Below, piece after piece: positions 19,244-28,358 of a stretch of DNA of 64,000 nt. The first letter of the stretch is position 1. Each line of letters begins with the position of its first letter. A model generated the notes under the pieces. That model made no database searches and had not been told where the DNA came from. It saw nothing but the letters and a program-made list of their open reading frames with translations. The stretch comes from Bacteroidales bacterium (GTDB lineage Bacteria; Bacteroidota; Bacteroidia; Bacteroidales; WCHB1-69): positions 11,998 to 75,997 of the forward strand of contig JAVBLM010000049.1 in assembly GCA_031553535.1 (NCBI GenBank), given 5' to 3'. Position numbers and translations under genes: made by a program.

Positions 19244-20228
19244 ATGATTGTAATATCCGAACAGTACGGTTTTAAATTAGAAAATCGGCGGCTTCTTAAT
19301 TTGAAACAAGATTGTCGTGATAAGCTTTCTGAAGATGAATGTTATCAGTATAAAGTAAAACGTAAAAACGACAACAAACTTTGCTATGAAATATATTTTG
19401 ACAAAGATGATAATGATTTTCATTTTCAAACTTCTTATTTTATTGGAGTTGATTGGATAATGTCGAAAGATACGATTAACGCTTTTATTAAATGGTTAAG
19501 TGAGAATTTACATGATAAGAAATATCTTATTGTGAGTTGGTTTGGAGGAGAACCATTGCTTGCATTTCCTACAATAAAGGAATTAACAGAAAAAATAATT
19601 GTACTTTGTAATAAGCATAAATGTGAATATTTTGCGTCAATAACAACAAATGGCTATTATCTTACCGAAGATATTTTTAATTCCTTTCCAAAATTGAAAA
19701 TAAAGGATGTTCAAATAACTTTTGATGGAGATAGAAATATACATAATAAGTATAAGTTTGATAAAAATGGTATTGGTTCTTTTGATAGATTGGTAGATAA
19801 TGTAGAGAAATATTGTGAAATGTCATCTAACGATTATCCGTTAAAAATACGTGTCAATGTAACAGATGATAATTTTGATTCAATACCGGCTCTATTAGAC
19901 CGTTTTTCATCAAATGTAAAAGAAAGTTCATTAATTTTTTTCAGATGGGTCTTCTCTAAGCGAAAAAATAAAATTCAATAATATAGATTATAATGAAATA
20001 ACACCTCTTCCATTTATAGAATCTTATAATGAAGTGTTGCCATTTATTACTAACGTTTACTTAGGAGCAGCTGTCGACAATTTTGAATATTGGGCATCGT
20101 ATTTTGAACATCGAAAAAAAAGGATATGTTCAAATTTAAAAAAAGGTAATCAAATACAAAAGGGAAAAGCAGAATGTATTGAGAAAATTAAAATTGAACG
20201 TTCTAGTTGTCCTTATAAAAAAAAGTAG
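19244..20228 (+). pseudogene. Chimeric remnant: McrC-like N-terminus (~72 aa) fused to a radical SAM/SPASM-family fragment lacking the CxxxCxxC motif, then frameshifted
   Basis: Residues 1-72 (...FHFQTSYFIGVDWI) sit in the McrC position after mcrB. From MSKDTINAFIKWL...VSWFGGEPLL...ITTNGYYL...ITFDGDRNIHNKYK the sequence parallels the intact rSAM at 58277-59596, but it starts just after where the Cys cluster would be. The frame breaks near a T7 run (~19935-19941). The continuation is the 20034..20228 ORF frame. Confidence 0.65.
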
Positions 20229-20673
20229 CTTATCTAAAGTTGATTTTAAAAACTTGGAATAATATTCTAATTGTTAACTAGTAAAAACATGTTTTTGAAG
20301 TTATTTAATGATGACAGCTTTAAATAACTTCTATTACAAAATTATATTCGAATTATGATTCTTAATCAAATTGCATAAAAGAGAATAGTAGATGTGGTAT
20401 CTTTTTATTATAATAAACTTTATTATAAAAGCTATATTTACAAGTAAATGTGAATCCATTATTTCATATTGATCTTACTTGTATAGTTTTAGAAATTTGA
20501 CAAGTTTAAGATTTAAATAAATATTATATATAGAAAAATTTTTATCGGAAAGTATTAGATGCTATTTCTTGATTTACAGAATTTTATTAAAAATGCCCTT
20601 GCAATGTGAATAAAATATATTAAATCCAAAAGATAAACTTATATTTCATTACTTTTTTATTAATCCGTTATAG

Positions 20674-20693
20674 TTTGCTCCCTATTTGCGCCC
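20674..20693 (+). promoter_or_regulatory. Second copy of the 20 bp box tttgctccctatttgcgccc (candidate arm-type site, P arm)
   Basis: Identical to 4343-4362. It lies 48 nt before the att core at 20742. Confidence 0.4.
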
Positions 20694-20697
20694 TGTG

Positions 20698-20766
20698 GAA
20701 TAAAATAAGCCTTAAAATCAAATGATTAAAAGGCTTATCGAGTACCCGAGGCCGGAATCGAACCGG
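20698..20766. repeat. attR: intact tRNA-Leu 3' end plus imperfect hairpin
   Basis: aaataagccttaaaatcaaatgattaaaaggcttatcgaGTACCCGAGGCCGgaatcgaacc aligns with 4172-4240. Confidence 0.8.
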
Positions 20767-20826
20767 CACGAGTGTAACCTCATCGGTTTTTGAGACCGAC
20801 GCGTCTACCAATTCCGCCACTCGGGC
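20743..20826 (-). tRNA. tRNA-Leu (anticodon CAA), class II with long variable arm
   Basis: Folded by eye. Acceptor GCCCGAG/CTCGGGT, classic Leu D-arm TGGCGGAATTGGTAGACGCG, anticodon stem TCGGT/ACCGA with loop CTCAAAA, variable arm TGAGGTTACACTCGT, T-arm GCCGG-TTCGATT-CCGGC. Confidence 0.9.
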
Positions 20827-21030
20827 TTGAATTTTGGAATTGCAAAAGTATGATTTTTTTTTATATGTAATTCGTTTTTCAAATAATTTTTCAAAAATAT
20901 AAAGACAGTTGTTTGTTAATCAGAAAAATCCGGTTTATATGTTTATCCTGTTTCATATTGGTGTCCTAAATAATGGATTTTGTTTGAATTTACTATGTAG
21001 GAAAAACATTCCGACCGTTAAAAAAAAGTG

Positions 21031-21038
21031 TAAATTTG
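21031..21038 (+). promoter_or_regulatory. Candidate -7 promoter box (TAnnTTTG) for recJ
   Basis: taaatttg followed by cagac, 14 nt upstream of the ATG at 21052. Confidence 0.4.
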
Positions 21039-21051
21039 CAGACTTTATAAA

Positions 21052-22830
21052 TTGTCTATGCAAAAAAAATGGATGTTATATGCCACATCGGATAAAGATT
21101 TGGTTAATAGATTATCAGAGGAATTACATATCTCTGAATCATTAACCAATTTATTGGTTCAAAGAGGAGTAAAAAGTTACGAAGAGGCACGTTCTTTTTT
21201 TAAACCTTCCTTACAAAATATCCATGATCCATATTTATTGCAAGATATGGGAAAAAGTGTAGAACGCGTAGAATTGGCAATCAGGAATAAAGAAAAAATA
21301 CTTGTTTTTGGGGATTATGATGTGGATGGAACTTCTGCGGTAGCTTTAGTGTATTCTTTTCTTAAAAATCTTACTCAAAACATAGAATATTATGTTCCGG
21401 ATCGTTACGAAGAAGGGTATGGAATTTCCGTACAATCGGTAGAATATGCAAAGGAGAATGCTTTTTCTTTAATGATCAGTTTGGACTGTGGGATCAAATG
21501 TCATAAGGAAATAGATTTGGCAGCGCTATATGGTATCGATGTAATTGTCTGTGATCATCATTTTCCTGATCAGACTTTGCCCAATGCATATGCTATATTA
21601 GATCCTAAAAGGAAAGATTGTTCTTATCCTTATAAGGAACTGTCAGGTTGTGGTGTCGGTTTTAAATTAGTTCATGCTATTGCACAAAAACGAAATATTC
21701 CATTTAAGGAGTTGGGACAATATTTCGATTTATTGGTTTTAAGCATTGCTTCGGATGTTGTTCCGATAACAGGCGAGAACAGAGTATTTGCTTATTTTGG
21801 TTTGAAACTAATTAATATGAGGCCGCGTCAAGGGATAGAATCATTACTTGCCTACAGTAAAATTATTCGTAAAGAATACCCAACGTTGCCTCCTCATAAT
21901 ACTGTTTTTGCCAGGGAAATTACAATCAGTGATTTGGTTTTTTCCGTTGGTCCACGTATTAATGCAGCAGGAAGAATGGATACCGGAAGAAGTTCGGTAC
22001 ATTTGTTAATAACAAAAAAAGTAGAAAAAATTGCAGAATTGGGAGAGCGGGTTGATATGCACAACAACGAACGCCGTGAATTGGATTTGAAAACAACCAA
22101 TGAAGCAATTGATATGGTTTCGACAGAGTTGGATATACAGGCGAAAAAATCTTTGGTAGTGTATAATCCTTTTTGGAGTAAAGGAGTTATTGGAATTGTT
22201 GCATCCCGTTTGGTAGAATATTTTTATAAGCCTTCTGTTGTATTGACATTATTTAATAACGTAGTGACAGGTTCAGCCCGTTCTGTTAAAAATTTTGATG
22301 TTTATGTTGCGTTATCGCAATGTCGGGATTTGTTAGAGCATTTTGGGGGACATACATTTGCGGCGGGTTTGTCGCTTAAACCTGAAAATTTGGAAGAATT
22401 TGTAAAAAGATTCGAACAAGTGGTAGCATCAACCATACCGGAAACATCCATGTTCCCTACAATAGATATTGATGAAGAAATACCGATACATGTTGTTAAT
22501 ATGAATTTCTTCAATATATTGAAAAAATTTGCCCCTTTTGGCCCAGGAAATATGTCACCTATTTTTATGACAAAAAAAGTTATAGATGCCGGTGATGTTC
22601 GTATCGTGGGACAAAATCATTTGAAATTGTCTCTTTCACAGAGAAACAGCCGGAGTTATCCTATTGAAGCAATTGCATTTGGATTAGGGCAACATTATGA
22701 ACGTATCGCTAACGGTGAATCTTTTCATATATGTTATCATATTGATGTCAATGAATGGCAGGGAAGAAGTTATTTGCAACTCGTTATCAAAGATATAAAG
22801 TTTGAGTTTGATTCTTCAGATATTGTATAA
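21052..22830 (+). CDS. recJ: Single-stranded-DNA-specific exonuclease RecJ
   Basis: 592 aa. DHH-family motifs GDYDVDGTSA, DCG and VCDHH, plus DHHA1-like GGHTFAAG. Confidence 0.9.
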   Translation: MSMQKKWMLYATSDKDLVNRLSEELHISESLTNLLVQRGVKSYEEARSFFKPSLQNIHDPYLLQDMGKSVERVELAIRNKEKILVFGDYDVDGTSAVALVYSFLKNLTQNIEYYVPDRYEEGYGISVQSVEYAKENAFSLMISLDCGIKCHKEIDLAALYGIDVIVCDHHFPDQTLPNAYAILDPKRKDCSYPYKELSGCGVGFKLVHAIAQKRNIPFKELGQYFDLLVLSIASDVVPITGENRVFAYFGLKLINMRPRQGIESLLAYSKIIRKEYPTLPPHNTVFAREITISDLVFSVGPRINAAGRMDTGRSSVHLLITKKVEKIAELGERVDMHNNERRELDLKTTNEAIDMVSTELDIQAKKSLVVYNPFWSKGVIGIVASRLVEYFYKPSVVLTLFNNVVTGSARSVKNFDVYVALSQCRDLLEHFGGHTFAAGLSLKPENLEEFVKRFEQVVASTIPETSMFPTIDIDEEIPIHVVNMNFFNILKKFAPFGPGNMSPIFMTKKVIDAGDVRIVGQNHLKLSLSQRNSRSYPIEAIAFGLGQHYERIANGESFHICYHIDVNEWQGRSYLQLVIKDIKFEFDSSDIV

Positions 22831-22839
22831 GCAAGAAGT

Positions 22840-23268
22840 TTATCTATTGTTCATGGGTAATAGACTTTCTATCGCAAGCCGGTAAGAGTCTAAACCGAAT
22901 CCACATATATTTCCAATGCAAACTTCCGATAAATATGATTGCTTTCGGTATATTTCCCTTGCAAATATATTTGAAATATGAACTTCAACAACTGGAATAA
23001 CTATCGAACGGATAGCATCGCTTATGGCAATAGAAGTATGAGTATATGCCCCTGCATTTAGAATGATGGCATTATAAATTTTTTCAGCCTGCTGTATACG
23101 ATCAATCAATATAAATTCATCATTGGATTGAATATAATCAATAATTATAAACTCATACCTTTTCCGCAAGTTTACAAGAAAATCATCAAAAGACGTGGTT
23201 CCATATATATGAGATTCCCGATTGCCCAATAGGTTTAAATTTGGACCATTAAGTATCAAGATTTGCAT
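22840..23268 (-). CDS. aroQ: Type II 3-dehydroquinate dehydratase
   Basis: 142 aa. MQILILNGPNLNLLGNRE..IYG and ...NAGAYTHTSIAI.DA are hallmark AroQ sequences. Confidence 0.9.
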   Translation of the reverse strand: MQILILNGPNLNLLGNRESHIYGTTSFDDFLVNLRKRYEFIIIDYIQSNDEFILIDRIQQAEKIYNAIILNAGAYTHTSIAISDAIRSIVIPVVEVHISNIFAREIYRKQSYLSEVCIGNICGFGLDSYRLAIESLLPMNNR

Positions 23269-23276
23269 AGATAATT

Positions 23277-23573
23277 TTACTTTTCGTTTGTATATACAAT
23301 CCGAAAAATATCTTCATTCTCTTTTTTCAAATGATGATGTTTCCTGAAGTATTCTTCTTGCTCTTCTTTGGAATTAATTGAAGATAAGCTATGTTGTGTT
23401 TTTATACCAACAACAGTTGTTTTATAGTGCCCCAACTCACTCTCCAAATCTTCAATTTCGTTATTTAGTTTTCGATTTTCCAAAATGTTATTGTCACCCA
23501 GAAATAGGTAAAGAGCAAAAACAATAAGAGTCAGGATATATTTATACTTGATACAAAAATTAATTATTTTCAT
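23277..23573 (-). CDS. Septum formation initiator (FtsB/DivIC-like) family protein
   Basis: Small bitopic protein with a TM helix, then a coiled coil (NRKLNNEIEDLESELGHYK), ending ...KKENEDIFRIVY. The ATG at 23573 is preferred over the TTG at 23597 in the ORF track. Confidence 0.5.
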   Translation of the reverse strand: MKIINFCIKYKYILTLIVFALYLFLGDNNILENRKLNNEIEDLESELGHYKTTVVGIKTQHSLSSINSKEEQEEYFRKHHHLKKENEDIFRIVYTNEK

Positions 23574-23775
23574 GATATAAATGCTTTTTTCTTGCAAAGA
23601 TAATTACTTTTTTTGAGCGCATGCTTTTTTTGTTGAAATGTTATCAAGGATTTGATGTTATTTATTGAATTTTATTCTGATTTGATTATTAGTTTGTTGG
23701 TTTGTTTTTCTATTGATAGAATAAAAATCTTAGATGATATTTTAAGAAATTTAACACAGATATAAAAAAAAAATA

Positions 23776-23783
23776 TACCTTTG
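23776..23783 (+). promoter_or_regulatory. Candidate -7 promoter box (TAnnTTTG) for the tRNA gene
   Basis: tacctttg lies ~40 nt upstream of the tRNA 5' end. Confidence 0.4.
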
Positions 23784-23823
23784 CATCCGAAATATCGGAA
23801 CAGAAAAATTGTTATGGTATTTG

Positions 23824-23897
23824 GGTCCCTTAGCTCAGGTGGTTAGAGCATCTGACTCATAATCAGAGGGTCCTTGGTTCGAGCCCAAGAGGGACCA
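23824..23897 (+). tRNA. tRNA with CAT anticodon (elongator Met or lysidine-modified Ile2)
   Basis: Acceptor GGTCCCT/AGGGACC, D-arm GCTC-AGGTGGTTA-GAGC, anticodon stem TCTGA/TCAGA with loop CTCATAA, T-arm CTTGG-TTCGAGC-CCAAG. The acceptor stem resembles E. coli ileX (GGCCCCT). Confidence 0.85.
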
Positions 23898-23908
23898 CAA
23901 AGAAAATT

Positions 23909-23940
23909 AAGCACTTGCAATATTATGTAAGTGCTTTTTT
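23909..23940 (+). terminator. Rho-independent terminator after the tRNA
   Basis: aagcacttgca-atatta-tgtaagtgctt followed by tttt. Confidence 0.7.
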
Positions 23941-24020
23941 GTTTTTACTTTCTTCTGCTTTTATGGTTTTTGGAGAGATATTGAAGTGAGGAAGTGAACC
24001 AAGAGATAAACCAAAAATGC

Positions 24021-24135
24021 AACTATCAATGACAAAGATTAACTCCGTTGAGCTCGCAAGCTCGGTTATTTCACTACGTTTCGATATTCTCGTCGCATTT
24101 CACGGCTCGGTTGGTTGACTATGCCGAACACTTTA
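24021..24135 (+). repeat. Mosaic intergenic repeat copy
   Basis: aactatcaatgacaaagattaactccgttgagctcgcaagctcggttatttcactacgtttcgat..., ending in tttcgggtctt. That ending is the first half of the hairpin used in the 42 bp array at 32261. Confidence 0.8.
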
Positions 24136-24400
24136 GGTTTCGGGTCTTGTAATTAAGGTTTTTATTTATTTAATGTTTTAACTTAGTCCTTAATTTTCTT
24201 CCATTCTTGTTGTGTGTTCTTGTGTTCTGTTTTTTTTCTGTAACTTCTTGTAACTTGCCTAACTTCTGTTCCCCTTTTATAATATATATTGATAGGTAGT
24301 GAAATCATAGTGAAATGTAACTTTTTTACTCGGACTTTCGTATCAAAAAAAAATGCATTATTTTAATAATTAAGAAGTACTTTTATATTAAAAAAAAATG

Positions 24401-24408
24401 TACTTTTG
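24401..24408 (+). promoter_or_regulatory. Candidate -7 promoter box (TAnnTTTG)
   Basis: tacttttg lies 21 nt upstream of the ATG at 24429. Confidence 0.4.
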
Positions 24409-24428
24409 TGTTTTGAAAAACAAAAAAG

Positions 24429-25478
24429 ATGAATAGAGTACGGTTATTTGCTTTATTGGCAGTGGTTCTGTTAAGCATTTGGATGCTACCTGCGAAGGCA
24501 CAAGATGCTCATTTTTCGCAATTTTACGCAAATCCACTATATTTGAATCCTGCATACGCGGGAGCGGCAGTGTGTCCTCGTATAGTGGCAAATTTCCGTC
24601 AACAATGGCCTGTATTGGATAGTAAATATACCACATACTCTGCCTCTTATGATCAGCATTTTGAGGCTATATCCGGTGGAATAGGGGTGTTGTTTTTAGG
24701 AGACAGGGCAGGATCAGGTACAATAAATACGAATGCCATTAGTTTAATCTATTCTTTTAAAGCCGATTTAACACGTGATGTGGCTATGCGAATTGCGTTA
24801 CAAGCCACATACCAACAAAAATCAGTTGATTTTAGCGGAGCGCTTTTTGGTGATATGATTGATGCTAAATTCGGATTTGTATATCAAACGGCCGAAAAAT
24901 TGGAAAGGTATATAAAAGGAGTTGCTGATTTTTCTGCAGGTATAGTCTTTTATTCGGATAAATTTTATGGCGGAGTTGCTGTTAATCATTTTACTCAGCC
25001 ACGTGAAAGTTTTTATAATAATACGGGTCAGGAAACTCGTATTCCGATGAAGATATCAGGGAATTTTGGAGCAATGATAGATATCAAACAGCAGCAAAGA
25101 AGAGAAAAGAGTATCGGAGATATGTCCATTTCTCCCAACTTGATATTTCAATATCAAAGTAAATTAACGGGGGGAGAATCTTATTCTTATTTAAATCTTG
25201 GATTGTATTATACATGGTATCCGATGGTAGTAGGACTTTGGTATAGGCAGGGGCTCTTAAGGGAAGGACAATATACGAATAGACCGGATGCTTTCGTGTT
25301 TTTGGCAGGGATTGAATATGCATTTTTTAAAGTAGGATATTCTTATGACTTTACGATACCAGCTATGAAAATAGGAAAGCCAAGTACAGGTGGTGCTCAT
25401 GAAGTATCAGCACAATTTTATTTGCCATGCCCTGTTAAGTCTCGTAGGGTACGACATATTAATTGTCCGAAATTTTAA
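24429..25478 (+). CDS. PorP/SprF-family type IX secretion system membrane protein
   Basis: 349 aa. A signal peptide is followed by the family hallmark AQDAHFSQFYANPLYLNPAYAG and a beta-barrel-like remainder. Confidence 0.8.
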   Translation: MNRVRLFALLAVVLLSIWMLPAKAQDAHFSQFYANPLYLNPAYAGAAVCPRIVANFRQQWPVLDSKYTTYSASYDQHFEAISGGIGVLFLGDRAGSGTINTNAISLIYSFKADLTRDVAMRIALQATYQQKSVDFSGALFGDMIDAKFGFVYQTAEKLERYIKGVADFSAGIVFYSDKFYGGVAVNHFTQPRESFYNNTGQETRIPMKISGNFGAMIDIKQQQRREKSIGDMSISPNLIFQYQSKLTGGESYSYLNLGLYYTWYPMVVGLWYRQGLLREGQYTNRPDAFVFLAGIEYAFFKVGYSYDFTIPAMKIGKPSTGGAHEVSAQFYLPCPVKSRRVRHINCPKF

Positions 25479-25514
25479 TAGTAAAGAAACTTAATAAGCA
25501 AAATACATATAATT

Positions 25515-27008
25515 ATGGATACGAAAAAATTGTTTAATGTAGTTCTTGGGATAGCAATATGTTCTTTATTGCTGGTCTCATGTAAAAAAGAAATGTCAAA
25601 TGCCACAGGATGGGACTATAACAATGCTAAAAATGGTGGGTTTGAACTTCCTCCATTTCAGGGGCAGATAACAGGTCCAGGGTTGGTTTTTATTGAAGGA
25701 GGGCAATTCACTATGGGGCGTACTGAAGAAGATGTTATGAAAGACTGGGATAATTATCCCCGGACAGTAACTGTTTCCTCTTTTTATATGGATGAAACGG
25801 AAATAACAAATCAGTATTATCTGGATTATTTACATTGGCTGGGGCTTGTTTTCTTTCCGGCGGATTTAGTTTCTGTGTATAATGCAGCTCTTCCGGATAC
25901 TACGGTATGGAGAAATAAACTTTCCTATAATGAGCCTTATGTTGAATATTATTTGAGATATCCTGCTTATAGAGATTATCCCGTAGTAGGTGTTAGTTGG
26001 ACACAGGCAGTAAAATATTGTGCATGGCGTACCGACCGTGTGAATGAGAAAATTTTGATTGACCAGGGTTTGATAAATATGACGAACGAACCTTCATCAG
26101 ATGGTTATTTCAATACGGAAGCTTATTTGATTTATCCTGATTATGAACAAAATAGTGATAGAAGATTACAATATATAGCTACTGGAGAAGAACGCAATGC
26201 ACGAATGGAAGATGGTATTTTGTTGCCTAAGTACAGACTCCCGACCGAAGCTGAATGGGAATATGCTGCTGTAGGTTTAATAGGAAATACACTTCAGGAA
26301 CGCGTTTTAGAACGTAGAACATATCCATGGAATGGACAAGTTACACGGACGGATGATAAAAAATATATGGGAGCGTTTGTTATGAATGTTCGTAGAGGAC
26401 GTGGTGATTACATGGGGGTTGCCGGTAATTTGAATGATGCAGGTGCATATACCGTCCCTGCTGTTTATTATTGGCCAAATGATTATGGATTGTATAATAT
26501 GGGAGGTAATGTGGCTGAATGGGTAATGGATGTTTATCGTCCGTTAAGTCTTGATGATATGAATGACTTGAACCCATATAGAGGAAATGTATATACAACA
26601 GTTGAGATGTTAGACGATGGAACAGTTGCAGAAAGAGATGAACAGGGGGTAGTTCCAATGGTTCCCGTATCGGATTTTAAGAATGATAGACGTAGGAATT
26701 ATCGTTCAGCAGATAATATTAATTATTTAGATGGCGACTGGACATCACAATTAGATCCTGAAAGATGGAAAGATGCTGCTAATCCGGAATCAACTTCTAC
26801 AATGTATGATAAATCGCCTTATCCTGCCGGCACATATTCTATGGTCGCAAATAATGCCCGCGTGTATAAAGGTGGATCTTGGAAAGATATACAATATTGG
26901 GCAAGTCCGGGTAATAGAAGATTTTTAGATCAGGAAGAATCAACAGATTATATTGGGTTCCGTTGTGCTATGATACGTTTAGGGTCTGCCGATGGAAGGA
27001 ATAAATAA
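25515..27008 (+). CDS. gldJ: GldJ/GldK-family gliding-motility/T9SS lipoprotein (FGE-sulfatase fold), likely GldJ
   Basis: 497 aa. Lipoprotein signal (LLLVSCKK). SUMF1/FGE-like blocks FIEGGQFTMG, YPVVGVSWTQAVKYCAWR, RLPTEAEWEYAA, GNVAEWV, YKGGSW and IGFRCA. Confidence 0.65.
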   Translation: MDTKKLFNVVLGIAICSLLLVSCKKEMSNATGWDYNNAKNGGFELPPFQGQITGPGLVFIEGGQFTMGRTEEDVMKDWDNYPRTVTVSSFYMDETEITNQYYLDYLHWLGLVFFPADLVSVYNAALPDTTVWRNKLSYNEPYVEYYLRYPAYRDYPVVGVSWTQAVKYCAWRTDRVNEKILIDQGLINMTNEPSSDGYFNTEAYLIYPDYEQNSDRRLQYIATGEERNARMEDGILLPKYRLPTEAEWEYAAVGLIGNTLQERVLERRTYPWNGQVTRTDDKKYMGAFVMNVRRGRGDYMGVAGNLNDAGAYTVPAVYYWPNDYGLYNMGGNVAEWVMDVYRPLSLDDMNDLNPYRGNVYTTVEMLDDGTVAERDEQGVVPMVPVSDFKNDRRRNYRSADNINYLDGDWTSQLDPERWKDAANPESTSTMYDKSPYPAGTYSMVANNARVYKGGSWKDIQYWASPGNRRFLDQEESTDYIGFRCAMIRLGSADGRNK

Positions 27009-27030
27009 TAATTGAACAATTTATATATTT

Positions 27031-27058
27031 ACCCCCATTGGAAGATGGGGGTTTTTAC
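27031..27058 (+). terminator. Rho-independent terminator
   Basis: acccccat-tggaag-atgggggt followed by ttttt. Confidence 0.7.
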
Positions 27059-27068
27059 TTTAATATAA

Positions 27069-28355
27069 ATGAGAATGACTTCCATTAATGAACTATATGA
27101 TCTTTTTCTACAATCAACAGGGATAAGTACTGATACCCGAACCATTGTTCCCGGGAATATATTTTTTTGTTTGAAAGGTGAGAATTTTAATGGGAATACC
27201 TTTGCTATTAACGCACTGGAAAGAGGAGCTTCTTATGCCATCATTGATGAACTAGAATTTAAAGTGAATGAACAGTGTATATTGGTTAATGACACATTAT
27301 TAGCTTTACAAAAGTTGGCACGATTTCATCGTAATAGGTTGGATATTCCTGTTATAGGAATAACCGGAACCAATGGAAAAACAACAACAAAGGAGTTGAT
27401 TAATGCTGTATTGTCTTCAAAATATAAAGTCTATGCAACACAAGGGAATCTAAATAATCACATAGGGGTTCCTTTAACGTTATTAGAGATTGATAATAAA
27501 AATGCTCAAATTGCAATTGTCGAAATGGGAGCAAATCATGTCGGAGAAATAAAGGAGCTTTGTGATATTGCACAACCTAATTATGGAATCATTACTAATA
27601 TAGGGAAAGCTCACTTGGAAGGGTTTGGCTCTATTGAGGGAATCATTCAAACTAAGCTAGCATTATATCAGTTTATTGAATCAGTCAGTGGATTGCTTTT
27701 TGTTAATTCGGAAGATAAGTTTTTGATGAATTCTTCTACAAATATAAAACGGATTACTTATGGGGAATCAGGGGACTATAAAGGAATTTGTCTACATGAT
27801 GACTTGTTTCTGAAATTAAATCTGCCAGACTATGGTATTGATATGCAAACGCAGTTGATAGGTGATTACAACTTTTATAATGCGATGACAGCAATAGCGG
27901 TCGGGTTGTATTTTTCTGTCCCGATAGAAAATATAAAATCTGTATTGGAAACATATACTCCAAATAATAACAGATCGCAGCTTCTTAAGAAAGGGAATAA
28001 AACAATAATAATAGATGCCTATAATGCAAATCCATCCAGTATGAGATCTGCAATTTGTAATTTATCAAAAATACAACTTCCTACTAAAACCTTGTTGTTG
28101 GGAGATATGTTCGAGTTGGGAGATAGCAGTGTAATGGAACATCAACAAATTGTTGATTTAATCCGTGAACTGCCATTTGATTATGTTTATTTGTTTGGAA
28201 ATGAATTTGCAAAAACAAATGCAGATGCTTCCTGGCTTTATAATGATTATGATAGGTTGAAAAATTTATTAAAGAAAGAGCTTCCAGATAATGCAACTGT
28301 ATTAATTAAAGGTTCCAGATCCATGAGGATGGAGCGGTTTTTGGATGTTATTTAA
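27069..28355 (+). CDS. murF: UDP-N-acetylmuramoyl-tripeptide--D-alanyl-D-alanine ligase
   Basis: 428 aa. STDTR...G.IFFCLKGENFNGN.F and GITGTNGKTTTKE are Mur ligase P-loop features. DAYNANPSSM is also present. Confidence 0.9.
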   Translation: MRMTSINELYDLFLQSTGISTDTRTIVPGNIFFCLKGENFNGNTFAINALERGASYAIIDELEFKVNEQCILVNDTLLALQKLARFHRNRLDIPVIGITGTNGKTTTKELINAVLSSKYKVYATQGNLNNHIGVPLTLLEIDNKNAQIAIVEMGANHVGEIKELCDIAQPNYGIITNIGKAHLEGFGSIEGIIQTKLALYQFIESVSGLLFVNSEDKFLMNSSTNIKRITYGESGDYKGICLHDDLFLKLNLPDYGIDMQTQLIGDYNFYNAMTAIAVGLYFSVPIENIKSVLETYTPNNNRSQLLKKGNKTIIIDAYNANPSSMRSAICNLSKIQLPTKTLLLGDMFELGDSSVMEHQQIVDLIRELPFDYVYLFGNEFAKTNADASWLYNDYDRLKNLLKKELPDNATVLIKGSRSMRMERFLDVI

Positions 28356-28358
28356 TAT

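Larger units (their letters stand above)
4216..20754. mobile_element. tRNA-Leu-associated integrative genomic (defence) island, ~16.5 kb
   Basis: Direct repeats (attL/attR) derived from the tRNA 3' end, with a tyrosine integrase just inside attL. Composition is visibly more A+T-rich than both flanks. Cargo is type I R-M plus a McrB-like gene and decayed genes at the distal end. No conjugation or mobilisation genes were seen. Confidence 0.8.

Noticed and set aside
19244-19981. Treating the 245 aa ORF as a functional radical SAM enzyme or as an intact McrC
   Set aside because: It lacks the CxxxCxxC cluster and any SPASM Cys region. It carries only ~72 residues of McrC-like sequence and is followed by a frameshifted continuation. 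It is annotated as a chimeric pseudogene.
20034-20228. 64 aa ORF as an independent gene
   Set aside because: Its reading frame extends upstream without a start. It reads as the frameshifted continuation of the rSAM remnant, inside the decayed right end of the island.
20909-21145. 78 aa ORF overlapping the recJ start
   Set aside because: It overlaps the recJ promoter box and 5' coding region in another frame, and no motif was recognised.
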